DNA from: Candidatus Poribacteria bacterium | Lineage (GTDB): Bacteria; Poribacteria; WGA-4E; WGA-3G | NCBI GenBank assembly: GCA_965198235.1 | Contig: OZ240248.1 | Location: forward strand, 1,408,001 to 1,472,000 | Reading direction: 5' to 3' | DNA: 64,000 nucleotides | Part shown: in pieces, positions 8,910-20,438 of the stretch | How positions within the stretch are numbered: the first letter of the stretch is position 1 | Layout: every line of letters begins with the position of its first letter | Position numbers and translations under genes: made by a program | Notes under the pieces: model-generated | Database searches by the model: none | Seen by the model: the letters and a program-made list of their open reading frames with translations, nothing else | Told to the model about the DNA's origin: nothing

Positions 8910-10388
8910 TTATGCCAAAATCTCGCTGACAATGCGCGCTTTTTCCTCAACGCCTGTTAATCGATGATCAAGCCCTTGGAACTTAAAGGTTAACCGCTCG
9001 TGGTCAATGCCGAGTAGGTGGAGAATCGTAGCATTTATGTCCCGAGCAGAGACAGGGTCTTTAACGATATTGTAGCTAAAGTCATCGGTTTCGCCATGAA
9101 CGACACCACCTTTTATGCCACCCCCAGCCAGCCAACGTGTAAAGCATTTCGGATGATGGTCACGCCCATAGTTATCCGGACTGAGTTTGCCTTGGCAATA
9201 AACGGTTCGTCCGAATTCACCGCCCCAAGCGACTAAGGTTTCGTCCAGCATACCGCGTTGTTTCAAATCTTTGACAAGTCCAGCCGAGGGCTGATCGATA
9301 TCGCGAGCCTGATTGCGGATGTTCTTGGGCAGTTCCCCGTGTTGATCCCAACCACGATGGAAAACTTGAACGAGACGGACATCGCGCTCCATCATCCGAC
9401 GTGCGAGAATACAGCAATTGGCGAATGTGCCAGGGGTTTTGACCTCGGGGCCATACATTTCTAAAACATGTTCAGGTTCCTGAGACAAATCCGTCAGTTC
9501 AGGGACACTCGTCTGCATACGGAATGCCATTTCGTATTGTGATATACGGGCATGCGTTTCGGGATCGCCTACTTCCTCGTAGAGTTCCTTGTTAAGTTCA
9601 ACGAGGGTATCTAACATCTGTTTCCTTGTCTTTTCATTCATACCTTGTGGGTTTGAAAGGAATAACACCGGATCGCCTTGGCTCCGAAGTAGCACGCCTT
9701 GATGTTCCGATGGGAGGAAACCGGAGCCCCAGAGTCGATTATAGAGTGCCTGCGCGCCCTTCGGACCGCTCCATGTGGCGTTCATCACAATGAAAGCAGG
9801 TAGGTTTCTGTTTTCACTACCGAGTCCGTAACTCAACCATGCACCAAGACTCGGTTTGCCGGGGCTTTCATCACCAGTACAGAAGAAGGTGATAGCAGGG
9901 TCGTGGTTAATCGCCTCAGTGTGTACCGTCTTAATAATCGCAAGGTCTTTCGCCATCGATCCAGTGTGCGGTAGCAGCTCGCTAATCCATGCACCGTCAC
10001 CACCGTTATCGTGCTTCTTGAATTCGAATATGGAGGGTGCAATCGGGAACTTATCCTGTCCTGATGTCATTGTTGTGAGGCGTTGACCCATCCGGACGGA
10101 TTCTGGGAGATCCGTATCGAACCATTTCCCCATATTCGGTTTGTGGTCGTAGAGATCCAGTTGGGACGGTGCGCCGGACATGAATAGATAAATGGCACGT
10201 TTTGCTTTCGGGGCAAAGTGCGGTAGTTCTGGTAGACCACCAAATCTCGGTTTCGCTTGACTTTCGAGCGCGTTGACAACAGCATTCGGCAGTAGTGAGG
10301 CGAGTGCCGCACCGCCAAGACCTGATGCGCATTTACCAAAGAATTGACGGCGTGTCTCAAGTTTCAGATATTCTTTAACCGGGTCCAT
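8910..10388 (-). CDS. DUF1501 family Tat-exported sulfatase-like protein
   Basis: TRRQFF Tat motif, [34 protein letters not shown]. Confidence 0.9.
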   Translation of the reverse strand: MDPVKEYLKLETRRQFFGKCASGLGGAALASLLPNAVVNALESQAKPRFGGLPELPHFAPKAKRAIYLFMSGAPSQLDLYDHKPNMGKWFDTDLPESVRMGQRLTTMTSGQDKFPIAPSIFEFKKHDNGGDGAWISELLPHTGSMAKDLAIIKTVHTEAINHDPAITFFCTGDESPGKPSLGAWLSYGLGSENRNLPAFIVMNATWSGPKGAQALYNRLWGSGFLPSEHQGVLLRSQGDPVLFLSNPQGMNEKTRKQMLDTLVELNKELYEEVGDPETHARISQYEMAFRMQTSVPELTDLSQEPEHVLEMYGPEVKTPGTFANCCILARRMMERDVRLVQVFHRGWDQHGELPKNIRNQARDIDQPSAGLVKDLKQRGMLDETLVAWGGEFGRTVYCQGKLSPDNYGRDHHPKCFTRWLAGGGIKGGVVHGETDDFSYNIVKDPVSARDINATILHLLGIDHERLTFKFQGLDHRLTGVEEKARIVSEILA

Positions 10389-10590
10389 TGTGTAACTAAC
10401 TCCTTGCGCGGCTATAAACCGCACTTCTGAGTGTAGCAAGGTTTTTAATTATTAGAACCTGGGCATCGCTCCATTCCATTACGCCGTGGTTTCTGGCTAA
10501 GTCAACCACCACGCGGGTATGAAAGGGGATTGGAATTCACCAAGAACCCTCGTGAAACGAAGCCCAGAGGCCAATAAATTAAAAACCCTA

Positions 10591-13500
10591 CTACCCTTTG
10601 TTCAGGACTTCGTCCAGATTGAGAATCAGGTTTGCAATCATCGTCCATGCAGCGACTTCGACTGCATCTAAAGTCTCATCAGGTGTCGATTCACCGACAG
10701 CGATTAACGCTTTGGCTGCTTCCGGGTCCGCCTCTAACTCCTGATAGTGGGCTTGGAACGTCTTCAACAACAGTGCTTCCTCCTTCGGCTTTGGAAGGCG
10801 AGCGGTTGCCATCTCAAAAATATAGGCGATACGTGCTTCCGGTGTTTCGCCTCCGTCCTTAATGGTGTGCTCCGCTAAAGCACGAGCCGCTTCAAAGAAC
10901 TGTGGATCGTTCATCAGCATTAATGCCTGCATCGGTGTGTTGGTACGTTCACGGCGGATTGTGCAAGCTTCACGTGATGGAGCGTCCAAAATGTTCATCT
11001 GCGGCGGGGGTGCGGTGCGCTTCCAGAATGTATAGAGACTCCGGCGGTATATCTTATCAGCACCGGTATCTTTAACGAACGTGTCGGTATTAGAGCCGGT
11101 AAACCCGACGGCTTTCCAGAGTCCATCCGGTTGCGGTGGTTTGACACTTGGACCGCCAATTTTAGTATGCAGCAAGCCGCTGAGGGCGAGCGCGTTATCT
11201 CGCACGATTTCGGCATCAAGTCGATACCTGGGACCGCGGGAGAGAAGTGCGTTATCTGCATCGCGTTCCAATTTTTTAAGAGTGACCTGTGCGCTCTGAC
11301 GATATGTTGCTGAGGTAAGCATCAATTTGAGCACGGCTTGAACATCCCATCCCGATGCAACAAATTCGGTCGCAAGCCAATCAAGAAGTTCTGGATGCAC
11401 CGGTGGGGTGCCTTGTGTCCCGAAATCTTCTGACGTTTTCACAATCCCCGTCCCGAAGACGTTTTGCCAGAATCGATTAATCGTGACACGGGCAGTAAGT
11501 GGATGTTCCGGTAAAAGCAGCCACTTCGCAAAGCCGAGGCGATTCGATGCTGCCTCTTCTGGTATGGGAGGTAGCACTGCCGGAGTTTGAGGATAAACCT
11601 GTTCCTCGCGATGTTCGTATTCACCGCGTGCTAAGACGTAGGCACCTCTTGGTTCCTCTCGCTCTTGCATGACAAGTGTAGTCGTGAGTGATGCGTCCAG
11701 TGTGTTCCACTTTCCTTGGACCTCCGATAAGTCTGCAAAAAGCGTTCGCAAATCCGCGAAGGCGCGCTTGGTATTTTCATTGACTGTCTTATCTAACGTG
11801 ATGTTCTTCCGATAGTAATCTCGAATCTGTGCCGTCTGTGCGGTTTCGCGTTCACCACGAGGCATCCCCGCGATATCAACAATATTTGCTGGCACCATCG
11901 GTGGTGCACTTTCGATATGGAAGTAGAAACCAGAGGGACCCGAGTAATTGACGACTTTCAGGAGCAGCGTATTGTTACCGGGCTTGAGATCGACCTGCAT
12001 CTGCTCTTGGTCGACAGCGGCATCTCGCTGAACGTTTTTGGCGAGGAGTTCCGTGCCATTCATCCAAACCTTCAGCGCATCGTTGCTTCCGATGTACAGG
12101 AAGGCTTTCTGTTGGGTAACAGAGGCGATGTTTCGGAAAAGATAAGTGGCACTGTTTTCGCCAACGATGTCGTTATGCACCTGTTCGTCAACCCAATGTG
12201 TCTGCTTCTCCCATTTAATGGTTTTACCGTTCACCTCAAATGTATCGCCTATGTTAACATCTTTCGTTTCAGGTTCGTAGACCTTGTAGAAAGCGAGGTT
12301 ACCGTGCGCAGCAGTGAAGGGACCGGCGGCGTGCCAGTCGCCTGAAGTGATTTTGGAACCGATGGGATAAATCGTTGTGACATCTGTAAGGGCGAGTCGG
12401 AATCGTCCAAGCTGCTTCTGTCGCAGGTCATATTCGTGCTTGAGGCGAATTTTCAATCTGCCGCCTTCCATCCCAAACGGGGCGGCGACAAGAAAGATGG
12501 CTTGCCGGTTTTCGCCCCTTCTGTCGAGTGCCCATCCGGTTTCCGGCTTGGCGTCAATCGCATTTGCAACGACACCGTCGAGATTGTTTTCCCCAAGTGC
12601 TTGCTCGTGGTCTGCCCATGCATGCACGACTTGAATACGTGTCCATGGATCGTCGGTATCGGTGCTTTCGGTCTCATTTGCTGCACTCTCTTCGCTCGTT
12701 GATGCACTGTCGCTGTCGGTTTGCGTTTCAGCGTCAGCCTCAGCGACAGGTGTATTTTCCGCCTGTGCTTCAGGGTCAGCATCAACGGTGCTTCCGGTCT
12801 CCGCTTGCGTTTCAGCATTAGCCTCGGTATCGGTGCTTTCCGTTTCAGATGGTGCCTCACTATTTTCTGCGGGTGGAGCCATGAAGAGCGCAAAATCGGT
12901 CAAGACGACATTGCTGTTATCACTTCTGCCGACTCCTCCTTTTGGTAACGATTCGTGTGTGAGACCTTCTAAACGGACGGCACTCCATTTGCCGGGTGGC
13001 ACTTCCGCGATGACCTCGTAGATTTCCTGCTCAGGGTTGGTGCCGCTGGCTAAGATAGAGTTGTCCTCTAAGACTTCAAGTGTCGCACTGCCTTTTGAAT
13101 AGAGCGAGGTCGGTTTAAGCGTCGTCCAGTGCGGTATCCTATTTTCCCAAGCGACTTGCGTCGCATCTATTTCGGGGATAGGAGATTTCGTCTGAGCGTC
13201 CAGTTCGGCAATCTGTTCATCAAACGCGGCGAGTTCAGCTTCCTGCTCCGGGGTCGGCAACTTTACAACAGGGGGAGAATCCTTGCGATTGCCGTCCATA
13301 GCTTTTTCAGTGATATTGTTGAAATAGGCGTAGAGTTGATAGAATTCCTTCTGCGTGATCGGATCGTATTTATGATCGTGGCACTGCGCGCATCCGACAG
13401 TTAATCCCATCCAGACAGTAGAGGTCGTGTCGGCTCTGTCGATCGCATACTGGACGTAGTATTCCTCATCGATTGAACCGCCTTCACTTGTTGTGACATG

Positions 13501-14412
13501 GCATCGGTTAAAACCTGTGGCGATCTTTTGTTCAACGGTCGGTTCCGGCAAGAGATCCCCCGCTAACTGCTCAGTCGTGAACTGGTCAAACGGCATATTT
13601 TTATTGAATGCCTTGATAACCCAGTCGCGATAGGGCCACATTTCACGGTAGTTATCTAAGTGAAGCCCGTGGGTGTCGCCGTACCGTGCGACATCTAACC
13701 AGAAGCGTGCGAGATGTTCGCCGTATTCCGGCTTTGCCATGAAGGCATCAATAACTTTCTCGTAAGCGTCGGGTGAATCGTCTGTAAGGAATTGGTGAAT
13801 TTCTTCACGCGTCGGTGGTAAACCAGTGAGGTCAAAACTTAAACGTCGGATGAGAGTCCGCTTATCCGCTTCGCTTGCGGGTTGTAAGTCTTCTTTCTCA
13901 AGGCGTGAAAGTATGAACGTATCAATGGGGTTTCGTACCCAATCTCCGTTCTTGATATCTGGTGGCGTTGGACGGACTGGTGTGGTGAACGCCCAGTGCT
14001 CTTCCCATTTCGCGCCTTCGCGGATCCACTGCGTAATCGCTTCAATTTCTTCCGGTGTCAGCGTCTTGTTGAAATCCGCTGGCGGCATGCGATAATTGTC
14101 ATCGTTGGAGATAACGCGAAGATGGAGCTCGCTCTCTTCCGGTTTACCGGGAACGATTACCGGGTATCCGCTCGGTTCAGAGAACGCTCCTGCTTTCGTA
14201 TCAATCCGTAGGTTCGCTTGCCGACTCTTCGCATCTGGTCCGTGGCAAGCATAGCAGTTATTTGAAAGAATCGGGCGGATGTCAAGGTTGTAATTTATGT
14301 TGACTTGTGCCGTTTCGTGATGTTCTGCGGATGCCGAGGGTGGTACTAACATGGCGAGGCAGAAACACACTAACATAGCCATTAGTGGAATCGTAGTGTT
14401 AGCGATCTTCAC
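10591..14412 (-). CDS. PSD1 / planctomycete cytochrome c protein (PSCyt1, DUF1549, DUF1553)
   Basis: CYACH and CAQCH heme motifs, HWAF, NPIDTFI, HPELLDWLA, RRSLYTFWKR, NTPMQAL; usual partner of DUF1501. Confidence 0.9.
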   Translation of the reverse strand: MKIANTTIPLMAMLVCFCLAMLVPPSASAEHHETAQVNINYNLDIRPILSNNCYACHGPDAKSRQANLRIDTKAGAFSEPSGYPVIVPGKPEESELHLRVISNDDNYRMPPADFNKTLTPEEIEAITQWIREGAKWEEHWAFTTPVRPTPPDIKNGDWVRNPIDTFILSRLEKEDLQPASEADKRTLIRRLSFDLTGLPPTREEIHQFLTDDSPDAYEKVIDAFMAKPEYGEHLARFWLDVARYGDTHGLHLDNYREMWPYRDWVIKAFNKNMPFDQFTTEQLAGDLLPEPTVEQKIATGFNRCHVTTSEGGSIDEEYYVQYAIDRADTTSTVWMGLTVGCAQCHDHKYDPITQKEFYQLYAYFNNITEKAMDGNRKDSPPVVKLPTPEQEAELAAFDEQIAELDAQTKSPIPEIDATQVAWENRIPHWTTLKPTSLYSKGSATLEVLEDNSILASGTNPEQEIYEVIAEVPPGKWSAVRLEGLTHESLPKGGVGRSDNSNVVLTDFALFMAPPAENSEAPSETESTDTEANAETQAETGSTVDADPEAQAENTPVAEADAETQTDSDSASTSEESAANETESTDTDDPWTRIQVVHAWADHEQALGENNLDGVVANAIDAKPETGWALDRRGENRQAIFLVAAPFGMEGGRLKIRLKHEYDLRQKQLGRFRLALTDVTTIYPIGSKITSGDWHAAGPFTAAHGNLAFYKVYEPETKDVNIGDTFEVNGKTIKWEKQTHWVDEQVHNDIVGENSATYLFRNIASVTQQKAFLYIGSNDALKVWMNGTELLAKNVQRDAAVDQEQMQVDLKPGNNTLLLKVVNYSGPSGFYFHIESAPPMVPANIVDIAGMPRGERETAQTAQIRDYYRKNITLDKTVNENTKRAFADLRTLFADLSEVQGKWNTLDASLTTTLVMQEREEPRGAYVLARGEYEHREEQVYPQTPAVLPPIPEEAASNRLGFAKWLLLPEHPLTARVTINRFWQNVFGTGIVKTSEDFGTQGTPPVHPELLDWLATEFVASGWDVQAVLKLMLTSATYRQSAQVTLKKLERDADNALLSRGPRYRLDAEIVRDNALALSGLLHTKIGGPSVKPPQPDGLWKAVGFTGSNTDTFVKDTGADKIYRRSLYTFWKRTAPPPQMNILDAPSREACTIRRERTNTPMQALMLMNDPQFFEAARALAEHTIKDGGETPEARIAYIFEMATARLPKPKEEALLLKTFQAHYQELEADPEAAKALIAVGESTPDETLDAVEVAAWTMIANLILNLDEVLNKG

Positions 14413-14534
14413 AGGAATTCTCTCCCTTTTCAGCGTTGTAGGCGGCAGCGTGCCGATTTTCTATATTAAAAAACGCAAGCTGCAACTTGCTATAGTAAAA
14501 TTAGCAATTGTGACGCTTAGTTAACCAAAAGGTT

Positions 14535-14578
14535 TAGCAATATTGCTATATTTTACGATAGGGTTGCGTTTTTGTCAA
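14535..14578 (-). promoter_or_regulatory. Sigma70-type promoter with a palindromic operator just downstream
   Basis: Minus strand TTGACA-17-TAAAAT (14578-14550); perfect palindrome TAGCAATATTGCTA at 14535-14548. Confidence 0.6.
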
Positions 14579-14633
14579 ATATTTCCCGCTTGATTGTCAG
14601 AATTTTGCTTATACTGGATCATACAGGGAAGGC

Positions 14634-15443
14634 CTACTGTGTCGCAACCTTCTCAAAGATAATAACATGCTGCCACGGTAGATCCTCAAGTGTCTCTACC
14701 CAAGAAAGCGGGTGTGGTGTCGCTTCCTTAATCACCTGCAATTCACTCATCTTGTGCAGACGTTTGATTGGAACATGTGGGTCTTCGGCGCGGTATTCGA
14801 CAACAGCAACCCTGCCGTCTGTTTTGAGCGCACGACAGATATTCTGCATCATCTCATACGGATGTGAAAACTCGTGATAAACATCCACCATAATCGCTAA
14901 GTCTACGGATTCCGGCGGCAATTTCGGGTCACTGATTGTGCCCAACACTCCTTTGACATTCGTGATACCTGCCTCCGCCATCTTTTCATCAAGTAGGTCA
15001 AGCATCTCCTGCTGAATGTCAACACCGTAGATGGTTCCTGTTTCACCGATTTTCGGAGAGATGCGCCGAGCAATATAACCCGTGCCGACACCGATATCCG
15101 CTACGACATCTCCCTCTTTGAGTTTCAGTAACTCAACAAGGAGATTCGGCATCTCTTCGTGATCACGTTCCGAACGTTCCAACCATTCTGCCCCTTGATG
15201 CCCCATCACATGAGAGATTTCGCGTCCCATGTAGAATTTGCCGATACCGTCTCGGCTTCGGGTACCCCGTTTGTAGATGGTACTCGCTGGTCGCGTAGGT
15301 GCGGTTTCTGGTTGCGATTCACCACTTGGCATTGTCGCTGTGTGGTGCAGCAGGAACAATGCCCCTATAACGCTTAGGAGGGGTTTAGGGGTTTTCGGAA
15401 ACCTACCGCGTGCTGCTATGACTTTCCAACAATTTTCGAGCAT
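14634..15443 (-). CDS. Class I SAM-dependent methyltransferase
   Basis: VADIGVGTG motif I, GVDIQ, VDVYHE; start ATG 15443 after GGAAGGTGG. Confidence 0.85.
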   Translation of the reverse strand: MLENCWKVIAARGRFPKTPKPLLSVIGALFLLHHTATMPSGESQPETAPTRPASTIYKRGTRSRDGIGKFYMGREISHVMGHQGAEWLERSERDHEEMPNLLVELLKLKEGDVVADIGVGTGYIARRISPKIGETGTIYGVDIQQEMLDLLDEKMAEAGITNVKGVLGTISDPKLPPESVDLAIMVDVYHEFSHPYEMMQNICRALKTDGRVAVVEYRAEDPHVPIKRLHKMSELQVIKEATPHPLSWVETLEDLPWQHVIIFEKVATQ

Positions 15444-15447
15444 CGAG

Positions 15448-16491
15448 TTACCACCTTCCGAGGTAAAGTGCCCGATTTTCCATCGGCATCGGCACTCGGA
15501 CACCCTGCTGCCGTTGTGAGTCAACGATTGCGAAAACCATCTCGGTGCTTCGGTGTGCGAGGTGAATGTTGCCTTGCGTCTCGGTATCGGTCTCAATCGC
15601 ATCAACGATGTCCTCAATGCAGCCAACGGTGCCACTCTTCCGTTCATAGGGTGGGAATTGCGCTTCTAAAATCTCGTTAAACTGTCCTTGCCGTTTGCGG
15701 AGGTGAAAACCGAGTCCATTATTGAGGGCACGAACCGTGCCGTCGCTACAATTCACCTCAAATTCATAAGCCGTGCCGGGAATACTGATGCCATTAATAC
15801 CGTTCTGAAAACGGATGAATCCCATTACGATACCGGGATCAGTTTCGGTGCGATTGTCTTCAAAATCGGCATCCTCAACAGCGACGTTACCTTGGACGTA
15901 TTCTATTGGAGAATCACTTGCTAAAAAAAGAAGCATATCCGCTGCGTGTGTATATCCCCAGAGGGCAGAACCCCCGCTATAAGCGATGATAGAACGTCTT
16001 TCGCCAAGCTCACCACTTTCGAGAATCTCGCGCATCTTGATATATCCCGGCGTGAAACGACGCTGCGTGCCGAGGTTGAACTTGACGTTGTATTTTTCGC
16101 ACACCTCTACCATAGCATCTGCCTCTTCCATAGAAGCACAAAGCGGTTTATCGCAATAGATGCCCTTCACACCGTTTTCCGCGGCGAATTGCGTGATGTC
16201 GGCATGATTACCAGGACGTGTAGCGATGCTGACAATATCCGGTTTCTCCTCAGCAATCATCTCTTGATAGTCTAAGGAGTACTTCGGGATATTCCATTTA
16301 TTGCAGACGTATTGTGCCTTCTCTTCCACGACATCTGCAGCGGCGACAATGTCTGTCCGCTCGAAAGCAGTATACCCCGCGGCGTGTGAATAGGGTAACG
16401 CGCCGTGTGGTGTCGCACGGACCTCTTCATCAATTGTGCCACCCATTCTACCACAACCAACAATGCAAACACGGTATTGATTCGCTCCCAT
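15448..16491 (-). CDS. Gfo/Idh/MocA family oxidoreductase
   Basis: IVGCGRMG, YCDKPL motif. Confidence 0.85.
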   Translation of the reverse strand: MGANQYRVCIVGCGRMGGTIDEEVRATPHGALPYSHAAGYTAFERTDIVAAADVVEEKAQYVCNKWNIPKYSLDYQEMIAEEKPDIVSIATRPGNHADITQFAAENGVKGIYCDKPLCASMEEADAMVEVCEKYNVKFNLGTQRRFTPGYIKMREILESGELGERRSIIAYSGGSALWGYTHAADMLLFLASDSPIEYVQGNVAVEDADFEDNRTETDPGIVMGFIRFQNGINGISIPGTAYEFEVNCSDGTVRALNNGLGFHLRKRQGQFNEILEAQFPPYERKSGTVGCIEDIVDAIETDTETQGNIHLAHRSTEMVFAIVDSQRQQGVRVPMPMENRALYLGRW

Positions 16492-16563
16492 TGGATTTCC
16501 CTCCCTTTTCGAGGTTTCCGCTCGCAAACCGAAAGCTTGCTATACAGAAAGTCTTATACCACG

Positions 16564-17403
16564 TTAAACGGTTAACTCTACAACATCTTGTTTGATTATT
16601 TCTTTCGTATGTCCATAAGACGCGGCTTGCACCAGTTCCTGAACTTCGGGTGTTAGCCGATTGATGATTGTCTCTGGCAGACTCGGTCTACCCTCGTATT
16701 GCGGACGATAGCGGAGAATCAGGAAGCGCCTGTCGCGATCCTTCGGTTTCCACCGCAAAATGCCGTGTGTCAACAGTTCAGAGATGACGACAAAATCGCC
16801 TGCCTTGGGGGTAATATTCGTAAAAACGTCATCTGGTTCGGGGTCAATACCGTCGGGCCCTGCGGTAAGAAGATCTTCAGGTCTCTCGAATTTGCTCTTA
16901 TGCGAACCGGGGATGACAATAAGCCCGCCGTCGCCGGGCTGCACATCTGTCAAATAGAAGAACGCCACGAAATCGTTGCAGTAGATTTGGCTATTCTGAA
17001 CCTCGTAGCGGGTGAGCCAGTGCCGTCCCTCACGTGCGCAGTGCAAACCTGATGGATTTGTCCCCATCGGTTGCCTGTCCGGGTTGTGCTGTTCGAGTGT
17101 GAGCGTCCCTGTGACAAATCTCGGTTGGTCGAAGGTGAACTCCTTGATAAGGGGCCAGATATCGGGGTGCACTGTCATTGATTCAAGACACCGGTCGAAA
17201 GCGAATCCGTGTTCATATCTGCCGCCTTTGCCGGGTTCTAATTCACGAGGGCGCGTTGTAAATCCTTCCGGACGCTCGTCAAGAGGCGTATGAATATATC
17301 GATCCACAGCCTCTTGTGCTTCCTTCAGGGCATCTCCTTTAACGGCACTCTTGATGTGTAAATAGCCTGTAACGTCAAACAGATAACGTTGTTCTGGTGT
17401 CAT
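16564..17403 (-). CDS. Phytanoyl-CoA dioxygenase (PhyH) family protein
   Basis: FDVTGYL, YLTDVQPGDGGLIVIPGSHK, GDFVVISELLTHG. Confidence 0.85.
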   Translation of the reverse strand: MTPEQRYLFDVTGYLHIKSAVKGDALKEAQEAVDRYIHTPLDERPEGFTTRPRELEPGKGGRYEHGFAFDRCLESMTVHPDIWPLIKEFTFDQPRFVTGTLTLEQHNPDRQPMGTNPSGLHCAREGRHWLTRYEVQNSQIYCNDFVAFFYLTDVQPGDGGLIVIPGSHKSKFERPEDLLTAGPDGIDPEPDDVFTNITPKAGDFVVISELLTHGILRWKPKDRDRRFLILRYRPQYEGRPSLPETIINRLTPEVQELVQAASYGHTKEIIKQDVVELTV

Positions 17404-17415
17404 TTTTCGCTCCTT

Positions 17416-17750
17416 TTAGGTTATCTGGACATGTTCACTTTTGACAATATCCTTGATGTGCGTGTAAGATGCAGGTTGCGCAAGTTCAAGGGTTTCAGGG
17501 GAGAGTCGCTCCATCACTTCAGGTAAAAACGGATCCCTGGGTCCCCTGTCGTCTTGGAAAAACTGTGTAACGAAAAGCCATTGGAGTAGCCGCCACCACC
17601 ATAACTGATACCGGGCGGGAGTTCATCCTGCGGTGTTTGAACGCATCGCTCGACCGCATCTTGAGCGTTTTGCAACTCTTTATCGCTAAGGACGTTTTTG
17701 AGGTGGATATACCCCGTTAAATCAAAAAGGTATCGCTGTTTGGGTGTCAT
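17416..17750 (-). pseudogene. Internally deleted PhyH paralogue
   Basis: N-terminus MTPKQRYLFDLTGYIHLK joined out of frame near 17570 to C-terminus PEVMERLSPETLELAQPASYTHIKDIVK*; both ends align with the neighbour 16564-17403. Confidence 0.85.
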
Positions 17751-17811
17751 ATGCCCCTCTCCATCTGTAATTGACATATATTAATAAAGTCCACCGATCG
17801 TTCGTACGTGA

Positions 17812-17840
17812 ATTATACACACAATTCCAGTTTTCGTCAA
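17812..17840 (-). promoter_or_regulatory. Sigma70-type promoter of the PhyH cluster
   Basis: TTGACG-17-TATAAT with extended TG. Confidence 0.6.
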
Positions 17841-18008
17841 AGGTCTTTTTATGAGAGGGTGTATAAAGTTTTTGACATTCAGCATCTCCTTTCCGTTGTG
17901 GGATGTTGTGGAAGGGTTTCTAACCCCGAATCTTCCATAGTCTCAATATACACTTGCAAGTTGTCCCTTTCTATAGTAAAATGTCTGAAAACGAAACAGG
18001 GGTTGCGT

Positions 18009-18923
18009 ATGAAACTCGGATTTGTGAGTGCAATTTTGCCGGAGCAGACGTTGACACAGGTCGTCCAATTCGCTGCTGACACCGGCTACGATTGCGTTGA
18101 ATTGATGTGCTGGCCCAAAGGAAAAGCGGAACGCCGTTATGCTGGTGTTACGCACGTTGATGTAGCGGAACTTTCCGAAACGGAGGCGGATGGAATCCTA
18201 CAATGCGTCTCGGATGCAGGGATAACGATCAGCGGGTTAGGCTACTATCCCAACCCACTGACATCTGACGAGGCAGAAGCGGCTATCTATAGCGAACACC
18301 TCAAAAAACTGGTTCTGGCAGCGGAACGTCTGTCGGTGGACATCGTGAATACATTTATCGGTAGAGATCAAACGCGCACGATAGATGAGAATTGGCACCG
18401 ATTTAAACAGGTATGGGAACCTTTAATCCAATTCGCTGCCGACCACGGTATCCGCATCGGGATTGAGAATTGCCCGATGTTTTTCACCGAAGACGAATGG
18501 CCCGCCGGACAAAACCTCGCCTATTGTCCCGCGGTTTGGGAACGGATGTTTGAGGAGATTCCTTCCCCGAATTTCGGACTCAACTTCGATCCCTCCCATT
18601 TTATATGGCTCCAGATGGACTACCTGAAACCGCTCGTGACCTTTGCTGATCGAATCTTCCACGTGCATGCAAAGGATGCTCGGTTGGACAGAGCAAAGCT
18701 TGACGAGGTGGGTATCCTCGCGACACCTTTGTCGTATCATACGCCGAAACTGCCAGGGTTAGGTGATGTCGATTGGGGCAACTTCTTCTCCGTCTTGAGC
18801 GATACCGGCTACGAAGGTGCAGTCTGCGTGGAGGTAGAGGATCGGGCTTATGAGGAAACGTTGGAGACGCGGCAACGTGCTTTGAACCAAAGCCATATCT
18901 TCCTGAGACAGTTCATGGGGTAA
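18009..18923 (+). CDS. Sugar phosphate isomerase/epimerase (xylose-isomerase-like TIM barrel)
   Basis: IENCP, NFDPSH, HVHAKD, VEVED motifs. Confidence 0.85.
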   Translation: MKLGFVSAILPEQTLTQVVQFAADTGYDCVELMCWPKGKAERRYAGVTHVDVAELSETEADGILQCVSDAGITISGLGYYPNPLTSDEAEAAIYSEHLKKLVLAAERLSVDIVNTFIGRDQTRTIDENWHRFKQVWEPLIQFAADHGIRIGIENCPMFFTEDEWPAGQNLAYCPAVWERMFEEIPSPNFGLNFDPSHFIWLQMDYLKPLVTFADRIFHVHAKDARLDRAKLDEVGILATPLSYHTPKLPGLGDVDWGNFFSVLSDTGYEGAVCVEVEDRAYEETLETRQRALNQSHIFLRQFMG

Positions 18924-18992
18924 GGGTGTCGCTACCGAGGTTTCCAATCTCATCCACTTTTGTGAGAACGCATTTTTGGATTTTCTATTTTG

Positions 18993-20165
18993 ATGATGCA
19001 CAATTACGATTGGTTGGACACAGAATGTGCAACACTGGAGCAAGCTGGCTTACGACGCCACCTTCGTACCGTCATGGGTGCCCCAACAGGGACAATTAAT
19101 CTTGATGGGCGAGATGTTGTGTTGCTCGGTTCAAACAACTATTTGGGGTTAAGCACGCATCCGAAGGTTATCGCTGCCGCTGTTGAGGCGACGCGAACTT
19201 TCGGCACAGGGGCAAGTGGTTCACGCCTCATTTCAGGGAATAGCGAACTCTACACGACTTTGGAAACCAATCTTGCGAAGTTAAAAGGGACTGAGGCCGT
19301 GCTCGTCTTCAGTTCCGGCTATGCTGCCAATACAAGTATTATCCCTATCCTTGCAGATGAAGGCGATCTTGTCTTGAGCGATGCGCTTAACCACGCCAGC
19401 ATCATAGACGGATGCCGTCTCAGTCGTGCCACCAAGAAAGTCTATCGGCACTGCGATATGGAACACCTCAGACTTTTGTTATCGGAGTCTACTGCGTTTC
19501 GGCGACGACTCATCGTGACAGATGGCGTTTTCAGCATGGATGGCGATATTGCTCCCTTACCCGATATTTGCAACCTCGCTGCAGAACACGATGTAATGGT
19601 GCTGGTAGATGATGCACACGGGTTTGGCGTGTTAGGGAAGGACGGGAACGGCACCGTTGCGCATTTCGGATTGCAAGGAAAAGGCATTATCCAGATGGGT
19701 ACGCTCAGCAAGGCGGTTGGGGCACTCGGGGGGTATATCGCGGGGAGTCATGCCTTAATTGAGTTGCTCGTCAACCGTGCGCGCAGCTTCATCTTCACGA
19801 CAGGACTTCCACCAGCGACGTTGGCTGCTGCAAACGCGGCACTTAATGTCATGCGATCTGCTCCCGAATTACGGCAACGTCTGTTCTCCCATGCAAAACG
19901 CCTCAAAACAGCGTTGATTGATTTGGGGTATGTCCTGTTACCGAGTGAAACACAAATCCTACCAGTTGTATTACGGAGTCCACAACGGGCGACAAGCGTA
20001 GCAGAAGCACTGCTTGCTGAGGGGGTATTCGCACCAGCGATCCGTCCTCCGGCTGTGCCGCCGGAAACGAGCCGTCTAAGACTTACCGTCATGGCAACGC
20101 ACACGGAAGCAGAGATCCAGCAGGCAATTGCTGGATTTACATCGGTTTTCCCCAAATTTCATTAA
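18993..20165 (+). CDS. bioF: 8-amino-7-oxononanoate synthase
   Basis: [44 protein letters not shown]. Confidence 0.85.
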   Translation: MMHNYDWLDTECATLEQAGLRRHLRTVMGAPTGTINLDGRDVVLLGSNNYLGLSTHPKVIAAAVEATRTFGTGASGSRLISGNSELYTTLETNLAKLKGTEAVLVFSSGYAANTSIIPILADEGDLVLSDALNHASIIDGCRLSRATKKVYRHCDMEHLRLLLSESTAFRRRLIVTDGVFSMDGDIAPLPDICNLAAEHDVMVLVDDAHGFGVLGKDGNGTVAHFGLQGKGIIQMGTLSKAVGALGGYIAGSHALIELLVNRARSFIFTTGLPPATLAAANAALNVMRSAPELRQRLFSHAKRLKTALIDLGYVLLPSETQILPVVLRSPQRATSVAEALLAEGVFAPAIRPPAVPPETSRLRLTVMATHTEAEIQQAIAGFTSVFPKFH

Positions 20166-20330
20166 AACAACAGTTTCAAGTCGTGCCGAGCAATCTCAAA
20201 ATCTCTTCTAATCCGCGTCCTCCGTGATAATCCACGATTCAGACAATTGACACTCTACACACCCACTTATAGTAAAATCCAAAAATATCTCTCACTGCGA
20301 GGCAACTTTACGAAACAACATCCTCTCCCA

Positions 20331-20360
20331 TCGCTGGCGAGGTTTTCTAACCTCGCCTAC
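20331..20360 (-). repeat. GTAG-type REP hairpin
   Basis: Reverse complement GTAGGCGAGGTT-AGAA-AACCTCGCCAGCGA; relatives near 1942, 51471, 57881. Confidence 0.75.
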
Positions 20361-20438
20361 CTATTGACTTTACCCCTTGAAATTTTTGTCCCATCATGCT
20401 AAACTGTGGCAAATCTTAAGAAAAACGGTGGATCACAA

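Noticed and set aside
8707-8967. N-terminal extension of the oxidoreductase and small + strand ORFs (also 53876-54131, 47064-47255)
   Set aside because: They are translations of repeat DNA; the same peptides recur wherever the repeat occurs.
10480-10520. IscB/HEARO-like RNA start (GTCAACCACCAC)
   Set aside because: Only a short match inside a small hairpin; no scaffold or iscB follows.
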